Of a stretch of 64,000 nt of DNA, positions 40,192 through 53,102 are shown piece by piece. The stretch is from Octopus sinensis (taxonomy: Eukaryota): positions 19,654,001 to 19,718,000 of the forward strand of contig NC_043002.1 in NCBI RefSeq assembly GCF_006345805.1, in the 5' to 3' direction. The position numbers were made by a program, and so were the translations under genes. Below the pieces are notes generated by a model. The model searched no databases. It was given only the letters and a program-made list of their open reading frames with translations, and was not told where the DNA came from. Within the stretch, counting starts at the first letter, position 1. Each line of letters begins with the position of its first letter.

Positions 40192-41975
40192 CTCATCATC
40201 ATCATCATCATCATCGTTTAACGTTCGCTTTCCATGCTAGCATGGGTTGGATGATTTGACTGAGGGCTGCTGAACCAGATGGCTGCACCAGGCTTCAATC
40301 TTGATCTGGGAGAGTTTCTACAGGTGAATGCTCTTCCTAACGCCAACCACTCTGAGAGTGTAGTGGGTGCTCTTATGTGCCACCGGCATGGAAGCCAGTT
40401 AGTCACTCTGGCAACGATCCCGCTGGGATGGTGCTCTTAGCACCCTACTAGCACGGGGCACAAGTGCCAGTAAGGCACACTTGAATGGTGTCTTTTATGT
40501 GCCACTGGCACAGAAGCCGGTTAGCCACTCTGTCAACGATCACACTCATATGGTGCTCTTTGCACCCCACTAGCATGGATGCCCGTCATTGAATTTGATT
40601 TCGATTTCACTTGCCTCAACAGGTCTTCGCATGCAGAGTTTAGTGTCTAAAGAAGGAAAAGGTATGCATAAGTGGGCTGGTTACGCCCCTGACCACAGGT
40701 TATGGTCTCATTTGGCTTGCTGGGTCTTCTCAAGCACAGAATATTTCCAAAAGTCTCAGTCACTAGTCATTTCTTGGTGAGGCCTAAAATTCGAAGGTTG
40801 TGCTTCATCACTTCATCCCAGGTCTTCCTGGGTCTACCTCTTCCACAGGTTCCCTCAACCGCTAGGGTGTGGCCCTTTTTCACACAGCTATCCTCATCCA
40901 TTCTTACCACATGACGATAGCAGCACACATCTGATGCTTCTTAGGTCGAACTATTCTCTCAAGGTACTTACACTCTGCCGAGTATGAACACTGACATTAC
41001 ACATCCATCGGATCATACTGGCTTCATTCCTTGTGAGCTTACACATGTCCTCAGCAATCATGGCCCATGTTTCACTGCCATGTAGCATGGCTGTTCATAC
41101 ACATGCATCATACAGTCTAACTTTTACTCTGAGCGAGAGGCCCTTTGTCACCAGCAGAAGTAAGAGCTCTCTGAACTTTGCCCAGGCTATTCTTATTCTA
41201 GCAGCTACACTTTCAGCACACCCTCCCCTGCTACAGGCTTGGTCACCCAGGTAACGGAAGCTATCAACTACTTCTAGTTTTTCTCCCTAGAATGTGGCGG
41301 AAGTTGTTCTCTGCATTTTCAGTGTTTATTGCTCCTGAGCATCAGCCACATACAAAAACTATCTTCCCAGTTAGCCTTCCTTTGATATTACTGCACCTCT
41401 TATGTGTCCATAGCTTACACTGGGTACATCTTATAGAGTTTCTACCTACGCCTTTCTACAGATTGAGCAGGGCCATCTACCTGAAGGGATTTGTGATTTG
41501 CCTGCCTCCCTACTTATTAGGACTTTGGTTTTAGCTAGGTTGACTCTAAGGCCCTTCGATTCTAATCCTTGTTTCCACACTTGAAACTTCTCCTCTAGTT
41601 CTGATAGTGACTCAGCAATTAGAGCAAGGTCATCAGCATAGAGGATCTCCTAGGGGCATCATGTCTTGAATTCCTCTGTTATTGCCCAGAGGACTATGAT
41701 AAATAGGAGGGGGCTGAGGACTGAACCTTGGTGGACCCCTACCTCTACAATGAATTCTTCAGTGTACTCATTGCAAACCCTCACCTTACTGACAGAGTCC
41801 CTGTACATGGCTTGCATGGCTCTCACTAACCATTCATCAATCTCTAGTTTCCTCATTGACCACCAGATAAGGGATCGGGAGGGACCCTGTCAAAGGCTTT
41901 CTCTGTCAATGAAAGCCAGGTACAGGGGTTTATCTTTGGCTAGGTATTTCTCCTGCAGCTGTCTTACCAGAATAC
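40192..41975 (-). mobile_element. 5'-truncated RTE-clade LINE: RT fragment, PHD-like finger, 3' UTR array and (GAT)n tail
   Basis: GVHQGSVLSPLLF, EILYADDL (about 41625-41650) and GLRVNLAKTKV, with HGSETW downstream. The ORF is contiguous with the array-bearing 3' UTR at 40370-40590 and the tail at 40192. Confidence 0.88.
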
Positions 41976-42411
41976 TTTCCATGGCTGAGTGATTGTTTTG
42001 TTAAGTTAGAAACATCTGTTGAATTTTTTCAGCTGCATTCACAGATTATATACTTTTTCCATAATCTTTTTCCAATTATTTTCAAATTTTGTATACCAGT
42101 TTAGCTTTGTGTGTCAATTATAAAATGAAGTTAATTTTTGCCATAAATTAATAAAGGGAAAGTAAATGGCTTTTAAAGTTAGCAAATTCTAGCCAATTGA
42201 AAGCCACCATTATACACATGATCATAAATCTCACATTAGTGGTTGTTTCCATAGTAATAAGCAAAGCTGTAGCCTGATTTGTTTCAGTGTAATAGGGACG
42301 CTGTAAGTGTGTGACTGTGACACTTTCACCACCTCAATCACCACCACAACTACCACCACAAGTTTTGACATAGCTAAAAATTATCAAACCTTTTAACCAC
42401 TCTCTGTTATT

Positions 42412-42810
42412 ATCTTTTACTTGTTTCAGTCATTTGACTGCAGCCATGCTGGAGCACGCCTTTAGTCGAGCAAATCGACCCCAGGACTTATTCTTTGGAA
42501 GCCTAGTACTTATTCTATCGGTCTCTTTTGCTGAACCACTAAGTTACGGGGACGTAAACACACCACCTTTGGTTGTCAAGTAATGTTGGGGGACAAACAG
42601 ACACACAAACATATACACACACATACATATATATATACAAATATACAACGGGCTTCTTTCAGTTTCTGTCTACCAAATCCACTCACAAGGCTTTGGTCGG
42701 CCTGAGGCTATAGTAGAAAACACTTGCCCAAGGTGCCATGCAGTGGGAATGAACCTGAAACCATATGGTTGGTAAGCAAGCTACTTACCACACAGTCACT
42801 CCTGCACCTG
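42412..42810 (-). mobile_element. SINE family A copy
   Basis: Full match to the family. Confidence 0.85.
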
Positions 42811-43484
42811 TAGCATTTTTCTAAATTTTTTTGGTATATTTCAGTATACCAAAATTGAAAATTTTCACTTAATTTTAAAATTTCCAATTCTGTGACAGCA
42901 ACTAAAAAGATCCATCTGTTTGTTTATCGAATTTCAGTTTTCATGTTTTGAAAAATGTATCTGAGTGTGTAGGTTTGTATTTCTTTACAATTTTTTTTTA
43001 TGTAAGATATCAATAAAATTGGTCGGATTCTCATCTTAAGCTGTTCATAAGGCATTTGTGGGCCCAATTTCATAGTGAAATTAGAAGTAAATTGAGAACT
43101 CTCCACAAGTTTATTCTTGGTTCTTGTGAAACAAACTAGATTGAATTGCAATGCTTTGGTTATTGGCCCCCACATGTTATCTTTAGGTGCCAACCATCCC
43201 AAATTTGTGTTAAAGCAGGGGAAGAAATAATTTCACATAGGCAATAATAATAAGTAAAGTAATTTCACTCTCCACCCACCCACCCTCTCTCTCCAGCTAG
43301 GGTAGCCATGGATTCACCTCTTCAGCATGACACCTGTTCATGTCCCTCATTCACATTTTCACACCCTTCACTACTATAACTCATTCAGTTGAGGAATTAA
43401 GGTGTCTTGTCTTGTGAGTAATTGCTTGGCACTAAGAAAGGCATCCAGTTGCAGAAACTACATTGAAGCAGATATTGGAACTTA

Positions 43485-43945
43485 TAATAATGAAATTATT
43501 GTATACAGTGCTCAGGTGCACCACAACTTGTCAAAAGAGCGTATAAAGCATATGCAGTAATGTACAAATGTCTGGAAAGCGAACAATGTATGAGTCAGAT
43601 ACATGCTTGTGTGTGTGTATGGAGGGGAGAAAATCAGGAATAGTGTTGGCGAATCTCAGGAATCGTGTTGGCGAATCTCAGGAATCATGGAAGTTTTGAC
43701 GGATGCAGTGCTCTGACAACTAACAACTGATGCCAGCAGTTTGTTCCATGCTTCAGCAACTCTCAGCGTGAAAAAATGTTTCCGAAAGTCATGGGAGCTG
43801 TGCTGTTTTCTGACTTTGTAAATATGTCCACGGGTGTTAGACGGGTGGAGTTTGAAAAGGTCCTCAGAGTTATTGTTTGTAAGATGGTTAATAATTTTAT
43901 GGGTGTCTGCCAAGTCAGCTGCCACCACATCAGAGTTTCAATGTG
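43485..43945 (-). mobile_element. CR1-like LINE 3' fragment
   Basis: ORF DLADTHKII...SNTRGHIYKVRKQ...RKHFFTLRVAEAWNKL, with a 22-bp internal tandem duplication near 43635-43685. Confidence 0.8.
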
Positions 43946-44419
43946 TCCATGCCCAGGGAAGTAAGGCGTTCAGAACATGGCAAATGCCTGATGGAGGGTG
44001 CAGCCCTCTGGTTTGTCAGTTTCTGTCAAACAAGCCAAAGCATGACAGCATTGAAAAAGGGACATTAAATGATGATGATGATGATGATGATGATTTCTGT
44101 TGAAACACAATACCTTTGCTTAAATCAATTTTGAAAATAATTAAGAATTTACCAAAGTAACCTTGCCTTTATTAAGCTTGTGTTAAGGCAGCAAACTGGC
44201 AGAATCGTTAGTGTGCTGGGCAAAATGCTTAGCAGCATTTCATCCATCTTTATGTTCTGAGTTCAAATTCTGACGGGGACCGACTTTGCCTTTCATTCTT
44301 CCAAAATTGAATACCAGTTAAGCACAGGGGCTAGTATAAGTGACTAGCTCCTTCTTCTAAGATTTCATGCCTGTACATTAAATTTTGGGGGAAGGAGCAG
44401 AAAGGATTATTAAGTCTCT

Positions 44420-44638
44420 CTTACTCTTTTTCTCTTTTACTTGTTTCAGTCATTTGACCGTGGCCATGCTGGAGCACCACCTTTAGTCGAGCTAATCGAC
44501 CCCAGGACTTATTCTTTGTAAGCCTAGTACTTATACTATCGATCTCTTTTGCCGAATCTCCAAATTACAGGAACATAAACACACCAACATCGGTTGTCAA
44601 GCGATGTTGGGGGGACAAACACATACACACAAACATAT

Positions 44639-44681
<43 letters not shown>

Positions 44682-44880
44682 ATATATATACACACACATA
44701 CATATATACGACGGGCTTCTTTCAGTTTCCGTCTACCATATCCACTCACAAGTCACAAGGCTTTGGTCGGCTCGAGGCTATAGTAGAAGACACTTGCCCA
44801 AGGTACCATGTAGTGGGACTGAACCTGGAACTATATGGTTGGTAAGCAAGCTACTTACCACACAGCCACTTCTGCACCTA
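44420..44880 (-). mobile_element. SINE family A copy
   Basis: Full match to the family, with an internal (TA)n tract. Confidence 0.85.
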
Positions 44881-45135
44881 TGTATTTGAAACATAAATAT
44901 ACATGAAATTTTGCTGGAAAATTTTGCTTTAGATTATTTTAAAAAAGAAAGTTTCTACATAGGACCAGGAGCAATCTCAGGTGAGTCAGTGTCAAAAGGT
45001 TCAAGCAGTGAAGGAGAGGAAGAGATAATAACATTTGGGACAATTGGTCCATTGCTACTTTACAATGTGGTCTACCATAGTATTTGTAGTCTATGCTGTG
45101 AAATGACTTGCCCTATGTTAGGATTAGGGTTAGAG

Positions 45136-45612
45136 TGTAGCGGCACAAGCAGTCAGTGCCATATTGGATGAGATCTTGCAGCAGCCATTGCCATCTCTGA
45201 GATTGGAGCGAGACCTCACCTGCATCCATTTGCCATGCATGAGATCACAACGAGCGCTTGCAATGGCAAACTGTTTATAAGGGCAAAACAGAAACAGATT
45301 CTCTCTCTCTGCTTCTATGCAGCAGCGCTTGCTGAGCACACTTCACTGGCTGGGCCTGTCTGCATGTTGTACCTCCAGAGGCAATGTGCCTGCACCAATG
45401 GAAATACAACACAAACGCACACAGCTCGAGATGGTTTCTGAGAGCAACACACTTCACCTGTTCTGTGAAACTTGTAAATAAACCAGTAGTAAATTGCATT
45501 TGTACTTAAAGACTTCTTTCTTTACCTGCCGGAGCCTGAACTACACGAAGAACAAAATATAATGGGAGAAGGTGATATTCTCCTGATATCGTAAACCTTG
45601 CCTTCCATTATA
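45136..45612 (+). mobile_element. Putative solo LTR
   Basis: Begins TGTAGCGG, with TTTATAAG at about 45274 and AATAAA at about 45477. Ends CCATTATA, possibly a decayed TTACA. It is higher in GC than its flanks, and the TSD is imperfect (AGAG/AGGG). Confidence 0.5.
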
Positions 45613-46958
45613 AGGGTTTAGAGTTAAGGTTAGGTTTATGAGTTAGGGGTTAGAGTTTTGAGATAGGGTTAGACTGCATGCTAAAGTGTAAATGATCAGG
45701 TAGACTGCAAACTTAAGTGGCAAGATTTGTCCTTTGTTAACATCGATAGATGAAGGAGAACAAAAATGTATGCTTAGATAAGTAACTTTGTGAGTAATGA
45801 TGGAATGGAAGTGGGTGAGAGTCATAGGTTTCTGTCAGAGAAGAGTGGGTTGAGTAGAGAGCTAATGTTGGTCGTGCCCTGAAGGGATTAGGTGTTTGAA
45901 AGTGGCTGAGTGTATGTGTTGAATAGAGAAAGTAAGTCAAAATGGGGAAGGTGGTAGTGGTGGTAGTAGGAGCAATTCAGGTAATGTTAACATAACAGTG
46001 GGTACAAGTGAGCAGATGCAATATTGTCATAATACAATGATGTAACACTGAGACATGATGACATTCTTACTTTTATCTGCAAATAAGGCAATAAACAGTA
46101 AAAGGATGGTGTGGAGTACAAATCAAAGCCATTTTAGTTTAAACAAAGAATAACTGCATCAAATAATTTCCTATGATCAGAAATTAACTGGTTCTGATCA
46201 CAGATCTGCTTAATCAGAGATTCTCTGGAGCAAACAACAACAATGACAATAACATACATACAAAATTAAATGACAGCATCGTTTATGCTTTGCTTGTTTC
46301 AGTCGTTGGAGTGTGGCCATGCTGGGGCACTGATTTGAAGTGTTTTAATCAAACAGATTGACTCCCAGTATCTTATTTACGGGAATGTAGGCAAACTAAC
46401 ACTGATTGTCAGGTGGTGGTAGGGGACAAACACATACACGTGTGTGTGTATACATACATACATACATATATATATATCATTATTATTATTATACATATAT
46501 ACACTCTTGGAGTGGTTGGCGTTAGGAAGGGCATCCAGCTGTAGAAATTCTGCCAGATCAGATTGGAGCCTGGTGCAGCCATCTGGCTCGCCAGTCCTCA
46601 GTCAAACCATCCAATTCGTGCCAGCATGGAAAGCGGACGTTAAACGATGATGATGATGATGGACTTTCCCTTTGAAGATGATGTATAAGTTTTCAGTTTT
46701 TGCGGAATGATCTGCACAAAGGATTTGCTTACAATGATCAAATGTATGTGTTGCACATTAGCTCACTCCCTCCATCAAATTGATGTTGTCTGAACAGAGC
46801 ATGGTGTACCTCATGTCAGGTGTCAAAGTGATAGCAGAACAACGTGAGATGAAGTGTTTTGCTCAAGAACACCAACACACCATCCAGTCCAGGAACTGAA
46901 ATCACGATCTCATGATCATGAGTGCAACACCCTAACCACTAGGCCATGCACCCTCACT

Positions 46959-47006
<48 letters not shown>

Positions 47007-47149
47007 TTATTTATTTATATATATATATATATGGAATAAGTGGAGCAAGAACACACAGAAACGAAAAGGTATTGTCTTACAAGTTTTTTGACATATGACA
47101 CAAGTTGTAAAAGGCGGTTGGGCATTATGATTTTCATGTGACTTCATAT

Positions 47150-48083
47150 GGTTCATGTATCCTGCTTTTGACAACAGAACACAATCACATATAATATATA
47201 CCCTTGTTCACTGTTGATTACAGTTCTAATTGCTCCTTTACGACAGGTCCTTTTAAGTTCAAAGTGCTGAATTATCTTTTCCTCCCCGGCATTACAACCA
47301 GTCCTAATAGCACCTCTCCACTTGTTCTGATCTAGAACATCATTTTTCCCAATCACTTTTGTTCATGTCTAGTTTCTTCAGGTTTTCCTTCACAAAGTCC
47401 TTATACCTTTTCCTTGACTTATGTTGTGGTCATTTACCAGAGTTGAGCCCACCATAAAAAAGACGCTTTGGCAAACTCGTCTTTCATTCTAATAACATGT
47501 CCAGTCCATCTCATTTTAGCCAAGATAACATGTTGTTCAATTGAGCTGCAATGTGCCATGTGCAAAACCTCTGTATCTGGTATGAAACGTTCCCACTTGA
47601 CTCCTAAGATAGATTTGAGGCTCTTTTGATGAAATCTCTCCAGCATTTTTATGTGATGCTTGTAAGTGGTCCGTGTCTCACTTGAATAAAGAAGTGCAGA
47701 CAATACACACGCTTTATAGACACTGATTTTTGTCTGCAGGGAAATACTTCTATCCACTCATACTTGCTTTACGAGCTTTCAAAATGCAACACTTTCCTTC
47801 CCTATTTGATAGTATATCTCTGCATCAAGACCACCATCTCTTGACAAGTGTGCTTCCAAGGTAAACAAAGGTGTCAGCAACTTCTAACCTAGTTCCATTC
47901 TCAAAATTGTTTGGTTCAGAATATGTTTGTCCTGGCATGGGAGTAAAAATTACTTTGGTTTTCCCCAAACAAATTGTGAGTCTGAAATGTACACATGCAG
48001 GGGAAAATCTTTCCATTAAATGTTGCATATCCCCCTCTGAGTGTGCCAACAAATCAGCATCATCGGCATAAAGTAATTCTCAC
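47150..48083 (-). mobile_element. RTE (BovB-like) LINE, 3' part of RT ORF, degenerate
   Basis: ELLYADDADLLAHSE, TKV, FVYLGS, TKISVYKACVLSALLYSSET and RWTGHVIRM. Confidence 0.88.
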
Positions 48084-48255
48084 CATCATCATCATCATCA
48101 CCATCATAATCATCATCATCATCATCGTTTAACGTCCACTTTCCATGCTAGCAGGGGTGTTCGATTTGACTGAGGACTGGTGAACCAGATGGCTGCACCA
48201 GGCTCCAATCTGATCTGGCAGAGTTTCTACAGCTGGATGCCCTTCCTAACGCCAT
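48084..48255 (-). mobile_element. Short (GAT)n-tailed RTE 3'-end copy at the inversion junction
   Basis: (CAT)n-CGTTTAACGTCCACTTTCCATGCTAGCA...GGATGCCCTTCCTAACGCCA. Confidence 0.75.
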
Positions 48256-49222
48256 TTGGATCGCAATCTTCATCATCATATGTTCCCTTGAAGTCGAAAG
48301 ATGGAAATGAGGTTATTAAAGATCCTTCTGGAATAATGAATAGATGGAGAGAACACTTTGCAGATCTTTTCCACAATCCATCTGTAGTGAACATGGATGT
48401 CATAAACAACATTCTGCAAAGAGAGGTAGTGCAACACATGGATAATACACCTTCCATTGAAGAAGTAAATCTGGCATTATGTAAACTGAGACCAGGTAAA
48501 GCTCTTGGATTGGATGGCATTCCAGTTGAAATTCTGAAAGCAGGTAGGGATCATATTTCATCTGAAATTCAAAACCTGATAAGTCAAGTTTGGAATGGAT
48601 CTTCTGTGCCACAAGAATGGATAAATGGCATTCTGATCCCTGTATACAAAGTTAAGGGCCTGAAAGCAGTGTGTGGTAATTCTAGAGGGATAATTCTTCT
48701 GGCACATACCAGTAAGAAACTTTCAAGGATCATGTTAGATCGTCTTGTTGAGAATGTGTGTCCACATGTGATTCCTGAAGAACAGTGCGGTTTCAGGCCT
48801 GAGTGAGGAACAATGGACATGATAATTTTTGTGAGGCAGGTTCAAGAGAAATGCTTAGAGGAACAAATGCCACTATACCAAGTCTTCATAGATTTAACTA
48901 AGGTATTTGACATGGTAAACAGGGAGTCACTGTGGATTGTTTTGCATAAACTTGGTTGTCCAATGCATTTTGTGAGCATATTTAAAAAACAACACAGAAA
49001 CATGAAAGGTCAGGTAGTCCTTTGATGCTGAGCTATCTCATGAATTTTCAGTGGACAACAGTGTCAAACAAGGAGATATTCCTGCCCCTACACTTTTCTC
49101 TGTTTATTTTGCTGCATTACTTTGGTAAGTTTTTAAGGATTGCAACAGGGGAATCGGAATCAAATTTCAGACATCTAGTCATATTTTTAATTTGACCTGG
49201 TTTAACTGCAAAGCAAAGATGT
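48256..49222 (+). mobile_element. RTE (BovB-like) LINE, upstream RT segment, inverted relative to its 3' part
   Basis: RWREHFADL, GKALGLDGIPVE, CGNSRGIILL, PEEQCGFR, FIDLTKVFD, VKQGDIPAPTLF and FNLTWFNCKAK. Confidence 0.9.
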
Positions 49223-49251
49223 ATGTATGTGTGTGTGTGTATATATACACT

Positions 49252-50258
49252 TTCATTATGAAGAGGAGGCCAGAGCCTCTGGATTTAAGGTGTACAAAGA
49301 TCACGTCACAATTATAATGTGTGGAAATGTTGCAGGCTTTATGATAAAGCCAGGGCTTTTTTATAAGTCCCAAAAATCCAAAGGCCCTCAAAAACAAAAC
49401 TAAGAACCCGCTGCCAGTGCACTGGATGCACAACCAGAAGGCATGGACAACAAAACCACTGACATCGGATTGGTTTCACCAGTGTTTCATCTTTGAAGTC
49501 AAAGTTTATCTCATCAAAAAAAGGACTGGAATTCAAAGTGCTTCTCCGAATGGACAATACTGGAGGTTACATGCTTGACCTGTTGTACTGGGGTGTACAA
49601 ATCAAAGGAGATGAAGAATGAAACTCTGAATGCCAGCTGGAAGAAATTGTGGTCGGAAGCAGTCCACAACTATAAAGGATTCTCTCCTGACAAAATCCAC
49701 CACTCTGCCGTAGATAAGTCAGTGAAGCTGGCAAAATTTCTAGAAGGAGGTGACTTCCCTGACATGACCTGATATGATTACCGAAGATGTTAATAACCTG
49801 ATCGAGGCCCACTCAGATCTGTTAACGGATGAAGATCTGACAGAGATGACAAAGTTAGCAAGTGATGAAGAACAAAAACAAGAAGATCCAGGGGAAGAAG
49901 AAGAAGTCAGCCTATCACTAGAATGCCTCTCAACTCTAGCAAAAATGGCAGAACTTCAGAGAATGGTGGAAGATTGAGACCCCCAGATGTTTCATGCATT
50001 GCAGTTCAGAAATGCAGTCGACGGCACCGTGGAAGTTTATGAAAACCTTCTTACACAGAAGAAAAGGCAGCACCAGCAACTGCCCATCGATATGTTCCTC
50101 GCCCGCAAAAAAAGAGAAGACATAGGTACTCCTAGGAGTGTGGGGAGAGTTTATAAAAGCTTAAGTTTATAAAAATAATAAGAAAAAATATACAGTACTG
50201 TTTATACTTTGCAGATTTTCACCTATCGCAGGAGGTTTAGAGCCACAATAGTCGAGGG

Positions 50259-50262
<4 letters not shown>
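49252..50262 (+). mobile_element. Tigger/pogo DDE transposase fragment with 3' end
   Basis: Remnants ALKNK..LPVHWMHNQKAWTT..WFHQCF..KVLLRMDN, WKKLW and LTDEDL. The terminal segment GATTTTCACCTATCGC...GAGGGAT precedes a (TA)n tract. Confidence 0.75.
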
Positions 50263-50295
<33 letters not shown>

Positions 50296-50299
<4 letters not shown>

Positions 50300-50660
50300 A
50301 AAAAGGTTTGAACGGTACAACAATGCACTATAATATATTAAAAAAAATGGACTATATACCTGTTGTAATTTAGTTATCCATACTCCGATAATATTTCGGA
50401 GTACAATTCCTTCTTCAGATAGTCTTAGATGGAATCGCTGTTATAATTGGTTTTCCAACAGCTTTTCTTTTTTCGGAATCGTCTCAGCAGTGGTCTCATG
50501 AAGCTCCTTCCGGAATTCATCATGATAAGTGCGTGAGGTCGGCTATAGGTATATAGTCCAATTTTTTTAATTTTTATTATAGTGCATTATTATACCATTC
50601 AAAACTTTTTATTCCTTACAAACAATACACAATGCTTCAAGCGAACAACAATACTCAATA
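50296..50660. mobile_element. Penelope-like remnant with ~65-bp inverted repeat and hammerhead-like core
   Basis: 50296-50361 is inverted at 50547-50614. The minus strand reads CTGAAGA-A-GGA-N7-TCC-GAAA at about 50394-50418. (TA)n flanks both sides. Confidence 0.5.
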
Positions 50661-50671
50661 TATATACAATG

Positions 50672-50746
<75 letters not shown>

Positions 50747-52046
50747 CAATAAGAATTGCTCTATAAATTAATGGTAAAATATCTCTTTACCCTCACCCAT
50801 TTAGTACACTCAGTAATGTAATTGCAATGTAATAAAAAAACACTTGTGTATTAGTAATTGGGTATTCTACCAGTAGTATATTGGATAGATATCCCTTGGT
50901 TGGTTCGATTCACAACCTCTAACTTTCTTGGAATATATATATATATATAAATATATTATATTTGAAAAATGACTTATATATATCAATATTCATTCATAGA
51001 CAACAGAAAGATCAGAAATGCAACAAAAATTAAAAATATCAAGGTCAAATTGAAAGGGGATCATGGAAAAATTGCACATGACATGAAATTAACGAAAATC
51101 AACTAAATCGGAAAAAAAAATCAACATAAAATATTCTCTATAGCTTCTTCATGATCTGCTGGGGTGTCCTCTTCGTGACGTACATACACACCATACAGTT
51201 AAAGAGAAGAAATTAATGAAATTTGTCCTTATTCATTTGTCCCAGTTTAGACACCATTTTTTAAAAGTTGAAAATGATCATATTCGACATCAGTGTGGGG
51301 AAAAAATTGACTTGGAATTCAACAAAGAAAAGAATACTGAATATTATATACCAAAAATTATCCAGATGTTTAATTAGCAAACTGAATTACAATTGAGTCA
51401 AAGTTGAGGAAAGTACATGTCACCTGTTTCAAACTCAGCTTCAACAATAACTATGCTGAACAATTTTTAATCCCAAAGATGATGCAATGGTGTCAAACAG
51501 ATAGGGAAAAAATAAGGAGATAACAGAAACTACTCATTTTGCCCCAGTTACCAATTTTGCCCCACCCAAACAATTTTTACGACAGGTTCTTTCGTTTCTT
51601 TTTTCTAATTTTTTTTTAAAATAAAGGAATACATACATACATTGTTTACGCGTGAGAGTGCATGCATGTGTGCGCAAGCAACACTACATGTGCGCGTACA
51701 CACACGATGTACCTTTTGATAAGCCAAGCATGACGTCCCCAGCATCGTAACCGATACAAAGTAAGTATAATTATATATAATTTATAAGCATTGTTTGACG
51801 TATAATGACTGGAATAAATTAAACGGACTTAATAACAGAGCATATTCTATAAACATAAAACACTGTGGTTAAGTAACTGATTTAATTAACGCTTTATAAT
51901 GCCTTTTATAATCATTGTTTACATGTATTAACAACTAAATTGGTAAACATTACCATTTAACAGTTTATTTTATAACAATTGTTTGACGTGATGACTATTA
52001 CCATCTTATAGTATATATTTTTTAATTATATATATTTATATAATTA

Positions 52047-52194
52047 TAATTTAGGGTATCTCTTAGATACCACCACGCTTGAAATAGCAGCCAAAACTTC
52101 ACTCTAAAACCACATTAAACATTTAATGTGACTTTAGAGTCAAATTTTATCTGCTATTTCAAGCGTGGTGGTATCTCTTAGATACCCTAAATTA
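52047..52194. repeat. 148-bp near-perfect palindrome with nested hairpins
   Basis: The outer 44-bp arms are reverse complements except for a 3-nt loop; the inner arms are diverged. Confidence 0.85.
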
Positions 52195-52706
52195 CAATTT
52201 TGATAATAATTATTACCTTTGAAGGTTTTTATTCCCATGCTGGCCACTTGATAAGATCGATATTTAAATTAACGATCTTATCCCTATACACACACACACA
52301 CCCAAGTTCTTGGCTTTAAGGATATCGTGGAGGGCCTAGCTGGAAGCCCAAACTTCCGCGTTTTTTTACAGGGCTTAGAAAAACTGAAGGACCACTGCAA
52401 TAAGTGTGTGAATCTGAGAGGGGATTATGTAAAATTAAATTACAATTAACTGATCCTCTTGTATCTTTTTTTTTACCCAAAGCCAGGAACTTTTATATGT
52501 ATATATATTGTATGCCGGCTGCCAAATCACTTCCAAGAGTAAACAATGGTTATCACTAAGGCGCTTCCATTCTCTCTTCCGTTTTGAATTGGGGGTGAAG
52601 GCCGCTACGATTGGTTTCTCAAAACGTATAACTCCGACAATTCTCTCTCTCTCACACAAACACATACACAGACATGTGTGCGCGTATGTGAGTATGTAGA
52701 CATACA

Positions 52707-52742
<36 letters not shown>

Positions 52743-52752
52743 TACACACACA

Positions 52753-52952
52753 CAGTCATTAGACTGCGGCCATGCTGGGGCACCGCCTCGAAGAATCTTA
52801 GTCGAACATAACAATGCAAATTTTTTCTTTAGCCTGGTACTTATTCTATAGGTTTCTTTTCGCTGAATTGCTAAATCACAGAAATACAAACAAACCAACA
52901 CCGGTTGTCAAGCAGTGGGGCGGTGGCAAACACAAACAGACACAAAGACATA

Positions 52953-52985
<33 letters not shown>

Positions 52986-53060
52986 CTCACATATGTAATC
53001 GACGGGCTTCTTTCAGTTTCCATCTATCCACTTCGCTCACAAAGCTTTGGTCGGCTATGG
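52753..53060 (-). mobile_element. SINE family A-related copy, truncated
   Basis: CAGTCATTAGACTGCGGCCATGCTGG...GGTTGTCAAGC...GACGGGCTTCTTTCAGTTTCC. A similar truncated copy lies at 56738-56975. Confidence 0.75.
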
Positions 53061-53102
53061 ACCGTACAGAGGTATTTGGTTGAGTGAATGGTCATTATTA
53101 TA

